Virus record (IMG/VR): IMGVR_UViG_3300025530_000412
Length of the DNA stretch: 20,000 bases
From: an uncultured virus (IMG/VR IMGVR_UViG_3300025530_000412)
Lineage: Duplodnaviria > Heunggongvirae > Uroviricota > Caudoviricetes
Reading direction: 5' to 3' (one strand)
Shown here in pieces: positions 7,913 through 16,345 of the stretch (positions within the stretch are counted from its first letter, which is position 1; every line of letters begins with the position of its first letter). The translations under genes and the position numbers were made by a program. The notes under the pieces were generated by a model. That model saw nothing but the letters and a program-made list of their open reading frames with translations, was not told the DNA's origin and made no database searches.

Positions 7913-8443
7913 GTGTCTGACAAACAATTTTATGTAATATCTGGTCGAATGAATTTTGGGCTAAATGATTTTTCAAAACATAAAAACGGAGTATTCATTA
8001 TTTTTGACTCCAGAGATTATCAATCAGAAGGTGATCCCTTTCCCGAAAATAATATAATAATTTATAAAATGAAAGATGTAGAATATGAATCATTTCAAAA
8101 CTATAAAAATATTGTTGGTGAATATGAAGCAAAGAAAACTTTTAGTGTAATTCCTTATGTGACAAATGAAATTAAAAAAAGAATTATATATAAATCAAGA
8201 AAAAAAGATAAAGTATTCATTGTAATAAAAGGGAGTAAAAGAAACAATAGCGAAGATACTAAATTATTTCCTGTTTTCGATGCTTTAAGGCAGTTATTTA
8301 ATAACAAGAAAAAAGTTATGTATTTAACTTTTGATGGATGGGATGAGTGTGAAAAATTAAACTTACTGTGGGGATTGAAATTTGAACCAGTTAATAATAT
8401 TGAGTTACGAGACTATATTAGCAAATGTGTATTTAATAAATAA
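7913..8443 (+). CDS. Hypothetical protein
   Basis: 176-aa ORF with GTG start, bracketed by motif copies at 7871 and 8441. Confidence 0.65.
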   Translation: MSDKQFYVISGRMNFGLNDFSKHKNGVFIIFDSRDYQSEGDPFPENNIIIYKMKDVEYESFQNYKNIVGEYEAKKTFSVIPYVTNEIKKRIIYKSRKKDKVFIVIKGSKRNNSEDTKLFPVFDALRQLFNNKKKVMYLTFDGWDECEKLNLLWGLKFEPVNNIELRDYISKCVFNK

Positions 8444-8472
8444 AATACGTTGTTTTTAACGGAGTGATTAAT

Positions 8473-8748
8473 ATGGCAAGATTTACTCAATATATTGGTC
8501 TTTCTCCTCAAGGGCGTGAAATAGTCAAAGACGCAGAATTAGTCACAACTTATGTTGGTGGAACTGGAATAGCTTTTGAACCAGTAGAATTTGGTGTGTA
8601 CAAAAAAGATAAAACATTATTAATAGAAGTTTTACAAAAAGAAATTTGGTCATCAGGCCCAATGTATTTTACGTGTTTACTTGATCCAACAAATTACTCT
8701 TACCTTTTAGCAGAATGGACAGAAGAAGAAATTGATAAGTATTTTTAA
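8473..8748 (+). CDS. Hypothetical phage protein
   Basis: SD GGAG before ATG 8473. Confidence 0.65.
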   Translation: MARFTQYIGLSPQGREIVKDAELVTTYVGGTGIAFEPVEFGVYKKDKTLLIEVLQKEIWSSGPMYFTCLLDPTNYSYLLAEWTEEEIDKYF

Positions 8749-8826
8749 TAATAGTGATGATTAATAAATATTACAATAAAATTCAAATTTTAATTGTTGT
8801 TAATGAAAAAGGAAAGGGGAAAAGAT

Positions 8827-9006
8827 ATGGATAGATTAATGGAGATTTTAAATAAACCTAATGTCAAACTTAAGGATGGAGAAATATTAATTCATATTGC
8901 TGATGATGAAATGACTGTTTTTAGTGTAGAGAAAGGAAGAATTTATAAAACTTCAGGAAGAAGGGACATGGTTATGATGTATCTCAATTATATCGCACAC
9001 AAATAA
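8827..9006 (+). CDS. Hypothetical phage protein
   Basis: SD AAAGGGG before ATG 8827. Confidence 0.55.
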   Translation: MDRLMEILNKPNVKLKDGEILIHIADDEMTVFSVEKGRIYKTSGRRDMVMMYLNYIAHK

Positions 9007-9038
9007 ATAAAAACTCTATTTTATCGGAGGAGGTATAA

Positions 9039-9134
9039 ATGTTTGTAATAGTATATTGCCAAGGTCGTTACATTTATTCGTTCCATGGCAAATGGAAAGT
9101 TTATGAGATTTCGGGGATAAAAGATATTAAATAG
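9039..9134 (+). CDS. Small 31-aa ORF
   Basis: Strong SD GGAGGAGG directly after the motif copy at 9008. Confidence 0.4.
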   Translation: MFVIVYCQGRYIYSFHGKWKVYEISGIKDIK

Positions 9135-9151
9135 AAAAAGGAAGAATAAAC

Positions 9152-9661
9152 ATGATTTTTAAAAATACTAACGAATTATTTACCTATTTGAGTTGGTATT
9201 ACGAACAAAATGGTGGAAAAGTTGATATCTCCACTTTTAACATGTATCTTGGAATTTCAAAAGGAAAAGATTGGAGTTATAGATTTTATAATCCTGTTAG
9301 AGAGTTTATTAATAAAGTAAATAAAAATGATTTGAGATTAATTCTAGGAGTACCAGCATACATCGAATGCAAGCATAATTGCCTAGATTGTAAAATTAAA
9401 TATAATGAAACAATTCAAAGACATATCGATACTATTAACATATTGAATTTAAACGTAAAAATACATCAAAACCTTCATCTGAAAATGTATAGAATCGGGG
9501 AGTTATACATATCTGGTGGAATTAACCTAAGTGCTTCAGATTACTTGGATGCTTCTTTTATTATTAAAGATCAGGAACAAAAAGATTATTTAAAAAAAAT
9601 GTTTGATGATACATGGAATTCTTGTCCAAATATTAATTTGGATAAACTAAAAATTGGCTAA
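9152..9661 (+). CDS. Phospholipase D-like (single HxK) domain protein, possible nuclease
   Basis: LHLKMY..G...ISGGINLS resembles HxKxxxxD...GSxN, although degenerate. Confidence 0.65.
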   Translation: MIFKNTNELFTYLSWYYEQNGGKVDISTFNMYLGISKGKDWSYRFYNPVREFINKVNKNDLRLILGVPAYIECKHNCLDCKIKYNETIQRHIDTINILNLNVKIHQNLHLKMYRIGELYISGGINLSASDYLDASFIIKDQEQKDYLKKMFDDTWNSCPNINLDKLKIG

Positions 9662-9692
9662 TAAAAATAGTTACTTTAAGGAGGTAATAAAA

Positions 9693-10439
9693 ATGAATCT
9701 TGAGCAACAAATTAAAGATGTAATTACTCAAAAACTGCAAGATGGAACTGTTGAAAAATTAATTGCAGCAGAACTTGAAAAAGGCATAAAAAATGCATTG
9801 GAAAATCTATTCCGATCCTACGGTGATGTAACCAAAATCATTGAAAATAAAATTAAATCTGTAATGGTTCCTTTCTTAGAGTCATACGATTACTCGGATT
9901 ACATTATCAAATTGGATGCTGTATTAGTTGAAATCCTAAAAAATTCTACTTCGGAAAACAAGCTGTTACTACATAATTTTAAAGAATTAATGACGGTAGA
10001 CGAAAAAGACAAAACGATTAAAGTCACTGAATTGTTTGAGAAGTGGGAAGAATATGTTGCAAATAATGTCAATACTGATGGTTTAGAAATTGATTATGAT
10101 GATAAACCTACATACGAAACTGTTGAGGTTGGATTTAAAGTTGAATACGACTCTGATAGAGATTGGAGTTCGTTTGAGTATGCAACTCTTGTATTTGAAT
10201 GCGATCAAGATGAAGAAATGAATTTTGCTGTAAGACTATCCAGATGGAAAAATGATAAAAATAAAGGATGGGATATCAGGTATGACAATAAATGCGATAT
10301 CTCATCATTAAGGCATTTAAACGACTTTGAATTGTTGCTAATTAAATTAGATCAAAACAGAGTGAAGATTGAAATTGATAGAGATTATGGTTGTGATGAA
10401 GTTCAACCAGAAAAGGAACCTGAATTAACATATCAATAA
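9693..10439 (+). CDS. Hypothetical phage protein
   Basis: SD AAGGAGG before ATG 9693; 248 aa, acidic. Confidence 0.75.
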   Translation: MNLEQQIKDVITQKLQDGTVEKLIAAELEKGIKNALENLFRSYGDVTKIIENKIKSVMVPFLESYDYSDYIIKLDAVLVEILKNSTSENKLLLHNFKELMTVDEKDKTIKVTELFEKWEEYVANNVNTDGLEIDYDDKPTYETVEVGFKVEYDSDRDWSSFEYATLVFECDQDEEMNFAVRLSRWKNDKNKGWDIRYDNKCDISSLRHLNDFELLLIKLDQNRVKIEIDRDYGCDEVQPEKEPELTYQ

Positions 10440-10458
10440 ATCAGAAAGGAGGAAAAAT

Positions 10459-10673
10459 ATGACTTTGTTCACATTGTAGCACATTGTTTATGGGAAACGA
10501 CTTGGGCTGGATTTACTCAAGAAAAGGTTCAAGAAGAAATAAATGAATTAGAAAAGTTGTCAAAAGAAATAGATGAAGGATTAAAAAATGGTACATTAAA
10601 AACAATGTCATGGGAAGAAGCTAAAAAAGAATTTGGTTGGGATGATATTAGGGATGATGATGAAATAGTTTGA
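10459..10673 (+). pseudogene. Gene remnant with deleted or frameshifted 5' end
   Basis: Strong SD and ATG 10459 hit a stop after 6 codons. Another frame reads DFVHIVAHCLWETTWAGFTQEKVQEEI...EIV* without its own start. Confidence 0.55.
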
Positions 10674-10703
10674 GCAAATAGATTCTTATTTGGGGGATCA
10701 AAA

Positions 10704-10985
10704 ATGAGTTTAGAAAATTTGTTAAGATATATAATTGAAATATATGAAAATGACATACAATGTGGACTAGAAAGAAAAGAACGTGTAAATGTGGCACCAG
10801 TTATTTCGGAATTAATAATTGCTCTTACTAGATTGCTGTTAAATTTTAGATATTGCTCTAGAAAAGAATGTCCTTGCTCGCCTGAATATGTGATAAGACA
10901 TTTGGTACATAAACATAAAGAAATATACGAGCAATATCTTGAAAAAGAACATGTGCAAAGAATTATAGAGTTAACTCAAAAATAA
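10704..10985 (+). CDS. Hypothetical phage protein
   Basis: SD GGGGG; CSRKECPC motif. Confidence 0.6.
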   Translation: MSLENLLRYIIEIYENDIQCGLERKERVNVAPVISELIIALTRLLLNFRYCSRKECPCSPEYVIRHLVHKHKEIYEQYLEKEHVQRIIELTQK

Positions 10986-11006
10986 CTATTTTAATGGAGG
11001 ATAACC

Positions 11007-11255
11007 ATGAAAACTAAATATAAAGATAGATTTGGTGAAACTATATGTGATGGACACACTATACGTCCTTATCAAGATGGAATGCATGGCAGACCAGCAA
11101 TTGTTAAATTTAATAAAGGACGTTTTGTAATTGACATACCAGATTATAAAAACGATGTTGATATAGATGATTATTTTGAAGACGGAATAAGTCGTGGTTG
11201 GAAATTTGAAATAGTTAAACCATATCCCAATGCTGAACCTTTTAAAGGTATATAA
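11007..11255 (+). CDS. Small protein resembling the YopX C-terminal module; paralog of 12378-12608
   Basis: MKTKYKDRFGETICDG...WKFEIV; SD GGAGG. Confidence 0.65.
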   Translation: MKTKYKDRFGETICDGHTIRPYQDGMHGRPAIVKFNKGRFVIDIPDYKNDVDIDDYFEDGISRGWKFEIVKPYPNAEPFKGI

Positions 11256-11286
11256 AAGTGTGATTTTATATGAAAAGGAGAGTGAT

Positions 11287-12063
11287 ATGTTGTTAAAAGA
11301 AGAATGGTTGAATCGAATATATAATCACGATGCAGTTACTTTTATGAAACGTTTGCCAGATGAATGTATCGATCTCTGTGTAACCGACCCTCCATACATA
11401 ATGAATAAAACATCTGGAAGTATAACTTCTGTTGGAATGGCTGAAAAATGGCAGGGTATGTTAAAAGCTGGCGACAAAACAGCAAACATTAAGAATGAAA
11501 TTAAATTTAAGGATTGGTTGCCTGAATTATATAGAATTATGAAAAAACAAAGTCATTTCTATGTATTTGTAAATGATAAAAATGTTCAAGACATATTAAA
11601 TGATGCAACAGATGTTGGTTTCAAACTACATAATATTCTTGTGTGGAAAAAGAATAATAAAACTCCGAATAAGTATTATATGAAAGACTGTGAATTTATA
11701 ATTTTCTTACGCAAAGGGAAATCATTCTACATAAACAATAAAGGCGAAAGTCAATATCAAGAAATCAATTACGGACAACATGACTTTATTGATGATGAAT
11801 TGTGGGAAGAGCAGGTGTTAAAAATAAATAATATTAAAGGTAAGGACAAATTTCATCCAACTCAAAAACCTGTTGAACTTTTAGAGAAATTAATACTAAA
11901 TAGTTCTCAACCAAACCAAATTGTTCTTGATCCGTTTATGGGGTCAGGCAGTACCGCAATAGCATGTATAAATACACAACGAAAATATATTGGATTTGAA
12001 ATTGATAAGAAATACTTTGATATTTGCATTAAAAGAATAGATATGTTGTATAAAAATACATAA
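11287..12063 (+). CDS. DNA methyltransferase, N4-C/N6-A type (beta-class motif order)
   Basis: N-terminal VTDPPY; C-terminal HPTQKP and LDPFMGSGST; SD AAGGAG before ATG 11287. Confidence 0.92.
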   Translation: MLLKEEWLNRIYNHDAVTFMKRLPDECIDLCVTDPPYIMNKTSGSITSVGMAEKWQGMLKAGDKTANIKNEIKFKDWLPELYRIMKKQSHFYVFVNDKNVQDILNDATDVGFKLHNILVWKKNNKTPNKYYMKDCEFIIFLRKGKSFYINNKGESQYQEINYGQHDFIDDELWEEQVLKINNIKGKDKFHPTQKPVELLEKLILNSSQPNQIVLDPFMGSGSTAIACINTQRKYIGFEIDKKYFDICIKRIDMLYKNT

Positions 12064-12116
12064 AATTTCCAAAAAATAAAATAATTAAACGAAAATTATA
12101 ATTAGGGGGTAATTTT

Positions 12117-12347
12117 ATGCCTGTATTATATCAACTTTGCCATATTTATAAACAAGATAAAAGAGCATTTGACGTTGGTTTTGTAAAAGAAATATATGAC
12201 GAATATATTGTAATTGAAACAAAACGTAGTGGGGAATATCGCGTAAGATACGATAAAATTAATGATGACGAAAGGATTACGTTTTTACATAAAAACGGAC
12301 AGCCTGTTTTGATCAAAAAGGGGCTATTTGGTTATAAATTCCCATAA
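12117..12347 (+). CDS. Hypothetical phage protein
   Basis: SD GGGGGT; the stop codon is the TAA of the motif copy at 12345. Confidence 0.6.
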   Translation: MPVLYQLCHIYKQDKRAFDVGFVKEIYDEYIVIETKRSGEYRVRYDKINDDERITFLHKNGQPVLIKKGLFGYKFP

Positions 12348-12377
12348 AATTGCGAATTTATTAAAAAGGAGGATTAT

Positions 12378-12608
12378 ATGAAAACTGGCTTTAAAGATAG
12401 ATTTGGTAAAGATATTTGTGTTGGAAATAAACTTAAACCTGTTCAAAATGACTATGAAAGTACAAGAATTTCAACTGTTGTATTGAAGAATGGAGAATTC
12501 TATGTTTACATTCCAAATTATGAACCATTATATCCAGAAGATTTGCAATTAGCGAATTATCTTTCTGACGGAAAGATGAATGGTTGGGAGTTTGAAATTA
12601 TAGAATAA
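12378..12608 (+). CDS. Small protein resembling the YopX C-terminal module; paralog of 11007-11255
   Basis: MKTGFKDRFGKDICVG...WEFEII; SD AAGGAGG. Confidence 0.65.
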   Translation: MKTGFKDRFGKDICVGNKLKPVQNDYESTRISTVVLKNGEFYVYIPNYEPLYPEDLQLANYLSDGKMNGWEFEIIE

Positions 12609-12646
12609 AACCATCATTTTATCATCATTAAAGGAGGTTATATCTC

Positions 12647-13510
12647 ATCAAGAAATTAGAACCTGTTATTAAATGGACTGGAAGTAAACGTAGTCAAGCT
12701 GAATATATTGTATCTAAATTTCCAAAAGAAATTGACACATATTATGAACCGTTTGTAGGTGGTGCAAGTGTATTATTCCGGTTACTACATTCAGATATAA
12801 AAGTAAAAAATTATGTTTGTAGTGATATTAATTCTGATCTAATAAGTTTATGGAATACAATTAAAGACAATCCAAAAGATTTAATTGACGATTATTTGTT
12901 TATGTGGAAAGAGTTAAATAAAGACGATAATATTGAAAGAAGAAAAAAGTATTTTTATGAAGTAAGATCAAGGTTCAATAAAACTCGAAATCCATCAGAT
13001 TTTTTATTCCTTAGTCGAACATGTACAAATGGATTAATTAGATACAATTCTAAAGGAGAATTTAATACTTCTTTACATTTCTCAAGAGGAGGTATTAAAC
13101 CTGAATCATTAGCAGAAATAATTTTAGATTGGCATAATAAACTAAATTATTATAATGTGCAATTTATATGTATGGACTACAAAAGCGTTAATCCATCATT
13201 TAATGATTTTGCATATCTTGATCCTCCATATGCAAACACTAAGGGGATATATTTTGGAAAAATTGATTATGAGCAGTTTTGGAATTGGATAAGAAATTTG
13301 AAGTGCAATTATATTCTAAGTTTTGATGGCAAAAGGGCTGAAATAGACAATACATATAAAGTACCAAAGGATATTTATGATACACATGAATATGTGATGA
13401 GTGGAAGAAGTAGTTTTAAAGATTTAAAAGATCAAGAAGTTCAATATGTACAAGAGAGTCTATACATAAAATACAAACATCATTTTTTTAATCGTAAAGG
13501 GGAGCAATAA
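12647..13510 (+). CDS. Dam-like (D12 class) DNA adenine methyltransferase, probable ATC start
   Basis: The frame is open from 12647: PVIKWTGSK...YYEPFVGGASV...SDIN...NGLIRYNSKGEFN...YLDPPY. SD AAGGAGG lies 9 nt before the ATC. Confidence 0.88.
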   Translation: MKKLEPVIKWTGSKRSQAEYIVSKFPKEIDTYYEPFVGGASVLFRLLHSDIKVKNYVCSDINSDLISLWNTIKDNPKDLIDDYLFMWKELNKDDNIERRKKYFYEVRSRFNKTRNPSDFLFLSRTCTNGLIRYNSKGEFNTSLHFSRGGIKPESLAEIILDWHNKLNYYNVQFICMDYKSVNPSFNDFAYLDPPYANTKGIYFGKIDYEQFWNWIRNLKCNYILSFDGKRAEIDNTYKVPKDIYDTHEYVMSGRSSFKDLKDQEVQYVQESLYIKYKHHFFNRKGEQ

Positions 13511-13514
13511 TCTA

Positions 13515-13673
13515 ATGAAAATCATTATTGAAAAGGGTAATACAGGTTTACATATTGATCTTGGTTCTACAGATTGGGATCACTATGAAGTTATTGGAAT
13601 GCTTGAAATGGCAAAACATATGATTCAAAGAGAAATTGATCGAATGATTGATAAAAAAATTAAAAGCCATTAA
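13515..13673 (+). CDS. Small hypothetical protein (52 aa)
   Basis: SD AAGGGGAG; MKIIIEKG...EVIGMLEMAK; the stop codon is the TAA of the motif copy at 13671. Confidence 0.6.
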   Translation: MKIIIEKGNTGLHIDLGSTDWDHYEVIGMLEMAKHMIQREIDRMIDKKIKSH

Positions 13674-13706
13674 AATGACACATTTATAGGAAGGAGACAA
13701 TCTATT

Positions 13707-13934
13707 TTGAAGGTCGTTTATAAAGGATTCGAAATAGAAGTTACAAGAGAAAAATGTCTTGGAGGATAGTCACAACTTTATTATTCAATTTTTAGAATCG
13801 AAGATGGTTGGGAACCAACAAGTGGATTTGAGGATTCAGAAGAAACAATTAGAAATAAAATAAAACAATTAAAGGAGATTGTTGATGATTATTTGAAAAA
13901 TTCTGAAGATTATGAAGATGATAAAGAGAAATGA
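13707..13934 (+). pseudogene. Small gene with internal TAG
   Basis: SD AAGGAG and TTG start. KVVYKGFEIEVTREKCLGG*SQLYYSIFRIEDGW... has one in-frame TAG at 13767 (probably from TGG). Confidence 0.6.
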
Positions 13935-14071
13935 TTAGAAATGATGTAGCAATGGAAATGAGAATTTATTTTTCTGGACTATAATTATCATTAATAAAGA
14001 AAATTATACTTTATAATCAAATCTAATAATGTACAATATGTAGTGCATTCAATAAATCAGGATACTATATA

Positions 14072-14100
14072 TTGTAATCTCAACACAGTTCTGCTAAAAT
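14072..14100 (+). promoter_or_regulatory. Sigma-A-like promoter of the 14133 gene
   Basis: TTGTAA, 17-nt spacer, TG-n-TAAAAT. Confidence 0.6.
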
Positions 14101-14132
14101 AAAAACAAGAACGTGTGTTTGAGGTGGATTTC

Positions 14133-14873
14133 GTGATAAAATACAGGTTGAAAAAAAGAATTAAAATTGATTACAAACCGTCTTTAGAGAGCAGTAAGCC
14201 TAGAAAGTACATTGAAGACAACTTATTGAAACATAGTGCAGCACAAGATTTTAATAGCGCAAAAAATGAATGGATAATTTTAGCCGTTATTGATGAAACA
14301 TGTGATGGTTTCTCAGAAAAATGCGAACTGTGTCACACCTCAAATTTAAAACACAACTTTGTGTTACAAAACACTATTACTGGAAGTACGCTTCGAGTGG
14401 GATCAACCTGTATAATTAGATTTGGAGTTATTAAAGGTATTGTAGATGTTGAATCAGGTATAATGTTACTTCAAAATAAGGCTGATGAAGCATATCTTAT
14501 CAATGAAATCCAAACTACAGTTCAAAGTGTAATGGTATTAAACCCCGACTCTAAAGAATTAAGCAGATTCATTCAAAACTTGAAAAAACTGATGGAATTA
14601 AGAGGGGTCAAAAACCCAACCACTGATCAATTGGGCGAAGTAATGTTTGGTCAAGCATGGAAAAAGATAAACGATCCATTTAAAATTAATCGCGTTCGTA
14701 TACTTTGGGATAAACCGGGAACCATCGAAACTAGAAGGACTGGAAGGATTAGAGAAAGAAGTAATCCAAAAGAAGGGACTACTTGGTACAAAAAACGCAG
14801 GCCAGTTATTAACACTTCTCTTAGCAAATCGGAAATTTATAATGTTGAAAGGCATGTAACCGACAAAAGTTAA
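14133..14873 (+). CDS. Moron-like hypothetical protein with Cys/His zinc motif
   Basis: SD GAGGTG before GTG 14133; CELCH...VGSTCI; has its own promoter and hairpin. Confidence 0.7.
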   Translation: MIKYRLKKRIKIDYKPSLESSKPRKYIEDNLLKHSAAQDFNSAKNEWIILAVIDETCDGFSEKCELCHTSNLKHNFVLQNTITGSTLRVGSTCIIRFGVIKGIVDVESGIMLLQNKADEAYLINEIQTTVQSVMVLNPDSKELSRFIQNLKKLMELRGVKNPTTDQLGEVMFGQAWKKINDPFKINRVRILWDKPGTIETRRTGRIRERSNPKEGTTWYKKRRPVINTSLSKSEIYNVERHVTDKS

Positions 14874-14889
14874 GGGGGCTTCCCCTTAA
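14870..14889 (+). terminator. Hairpin at the end of the 14133 gene
   Basis: TTAAGGGG-gctt-CCCCTTAA inverted repeat. Confidence 0.5.
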
Positions 14890-14964
14890 TAAATAAAAGT
14901 AAAAAATAATGATTAATATATTGATGTTATTTTTTAATAAAAACAGCGTTTTAACGAAAGTGAA

Positions 14965-15468
14965 GTGATAACCATAAAAACAAAACATTTCATTAATCTA
15001 ACCAATGGTATTGAAGCGATCCCAACACTTAATGAAGACTATTCATTCATCAGGATACAATCAACAGCATGTGAACAGCATCTATGGGATAATATCATTC
15101 AAGATTTAGATTACAATTTTTTAATGTCTGTTGCACTAGGGTATCGATGTATTATTTATGATTTTGGGGCAAACAAACAATTGCCAAGGGCTAGTTATCA
15201 AGGAGTTGAGTTTATTAAATATGTATTGAATAGATATTGGTTAAACAAAAAATATATTCCATGTGTTAAAAGACATAATTGTAGTAATTATTTTGATAAA
15301 GTTTATTTAACATTAAATAAATATACATTTAATAAACTAAAATATATAAAACGATTTATAAATACAAACGAAATACATATAGAAGCAGTAACAAATGTAA
15401 CAAAAAATGATGGAAATTATGAATACTATATTAAAATTCTACACGATATCATAAACAACAAGGAGTAA
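14965..15468 (+). CDS. Hypothetical phage protein
   Basis: 167-aa ORF (FINLTNGIEAIP..FIRIQSTACEQ); follows the motif copy at 14938. Confidence 0.65.
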   Translation: MITIKTKHFINLTNGIEAIPTLNEDYSFIRIQSTACEQHLWDNIIQDLDYNFLMSVALGYRCIIYDFGANKQLPRASYQGVEFIKYVLNRYWLNKKYIPCVKRHNCSNYFDKVYLTLNKYTFNKLKYIKRFINTNEIHIEAVTNVTKNDGNYEYYIKILHDIINNKE

Positions 15469-15476
15469 AAACAGCA

Positions 15477-15716
15477 ATGAAAAAATACTTTATTACAATT
15501 CAAACCGATGATAATAATGAAATGATCTTAATAGCAAAAGCAGAAAACATCGAAGAGGCAAAAACAAAAATTAGCAAAAAATATCACTATCAATCAATTT
15601 TAGATATTAGTGAAACTTCACCAAGAAAAAACGAGAAAAAACCAATACATATACCAGTTGAAGGATATACATTATCATTACCATACAGAAATAAAACGAA
15701 AATATTTATTAAATAA
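15477..15716 (+). CDS. Hypothetical phage protein
   Basis: SD AAGGAG. Confidence 0.55.
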   Translation: MKKYFITIQTDDNNEMILIAKAENIEEAKTKISKKYHYQSILDISETSPRKNEKKPIHIPVEGYTLSLPYRNKTKIFIK

Positions 15717-15718
15717 AA

Positions 15719-16300
15719 TTAATCCCAATCCAAATTTCTATCTTTATAATCGCCAGCACGAAAGAAATTTCCAAAGGTATCACGATTGGGAAAACCGTCT
15801 GGATGCGCTGGATAAACTTTAAGTTGATGTTGGCACTTATGACAAAATGTAGTTTTTGAATTAGGATAAATGAAATGAGTGCCCCTGTTGTAACAAGCAA
15901 AGCAATAATAATGACATTTAAATAATTGAGTACCATCTTCTTTTATTTTGATTCCGGTGCGAAGATATTCAGGCTGATCTTTAACTTCTTTGTATGTAGC
16001 TTCAAGCTCTTCTTTGTTTTGTTGTAATCCCTGAATTAATTTAAATTTTGTATTAATAACCTTTAATTCTATTTCTTCCTTAGAAGGTGATTCTATAGGG
16101 TCAACTTGAGCAAAAAATGAACTATATGCTTTGCCGATCTTGTTAAAAGTATCAGTCATATCAAGTACATCAGTATTAATGCCAAATAAATTAAACACAT
16201 TTTGAATTATGATTAATTTTGATAAATTGTCAGCCTCATTTAGTTCGATTTCTGCTTTTTTACCTGAATTATGTTCAATTGTAATTTTGATTTTAAGCAT
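15719..16300 (-). CDS. Zinc-ribbon-containing hypothetical protein
   Basis: Minus-strand SD GAGGTG; CFAC...CHKC in the C-terminal half. Confidence 0.75.
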   Translation of the reverse strand: MLKIKITIEHNSGKKAEIELNEADNLSKLIIIQNVFNLFGINTDVLDMTDTFNKIGKAYSSFFAQVDPIESPSKEEIELKVINTKFKLIQGLQQNKEELEATYKEVKDQPEYLRTGIKIKEDGTQLFKCHYYCFACYNRGTHFIYPNSKTTFCHKCQHQLKVYPAHPDGFPNRDTFGNFFRAGDYKDRNLDWD

Positions 16301-16345
16301 ATCATCACCTCTTTATTATTTTAGCATAAAAAGGAGAGTGGTTAT

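Larger units (their letters stand above)
7242..14953. repeat. Dispersed intergenic inverted motif TAAAA-N6-TTTTA (~12 copies)
   Basis: Exact copies at 7871, 8777, 9008, 11253, 12606 and 14938. Near copies at 9663, 10978, 12345, 13671, 7242 (N5) and 8441 (N8). All lie at gene ends or between genes. Confidence 0.75.

Noticed and set aside
13707..13934. TAG recoding (alternative genetic code) in the phage
   Set aside because: Only a single in-frame TAG is seen, other genes are intact under the standard code, and no suppressor tRNA is visible.
13950..14015. Weak TAAAA-N6-TTTTA-like matches (also near 13475 and 15692)
   Set aside because: Too many mismatches to distinguish from AT-rich background, so they were not counted.
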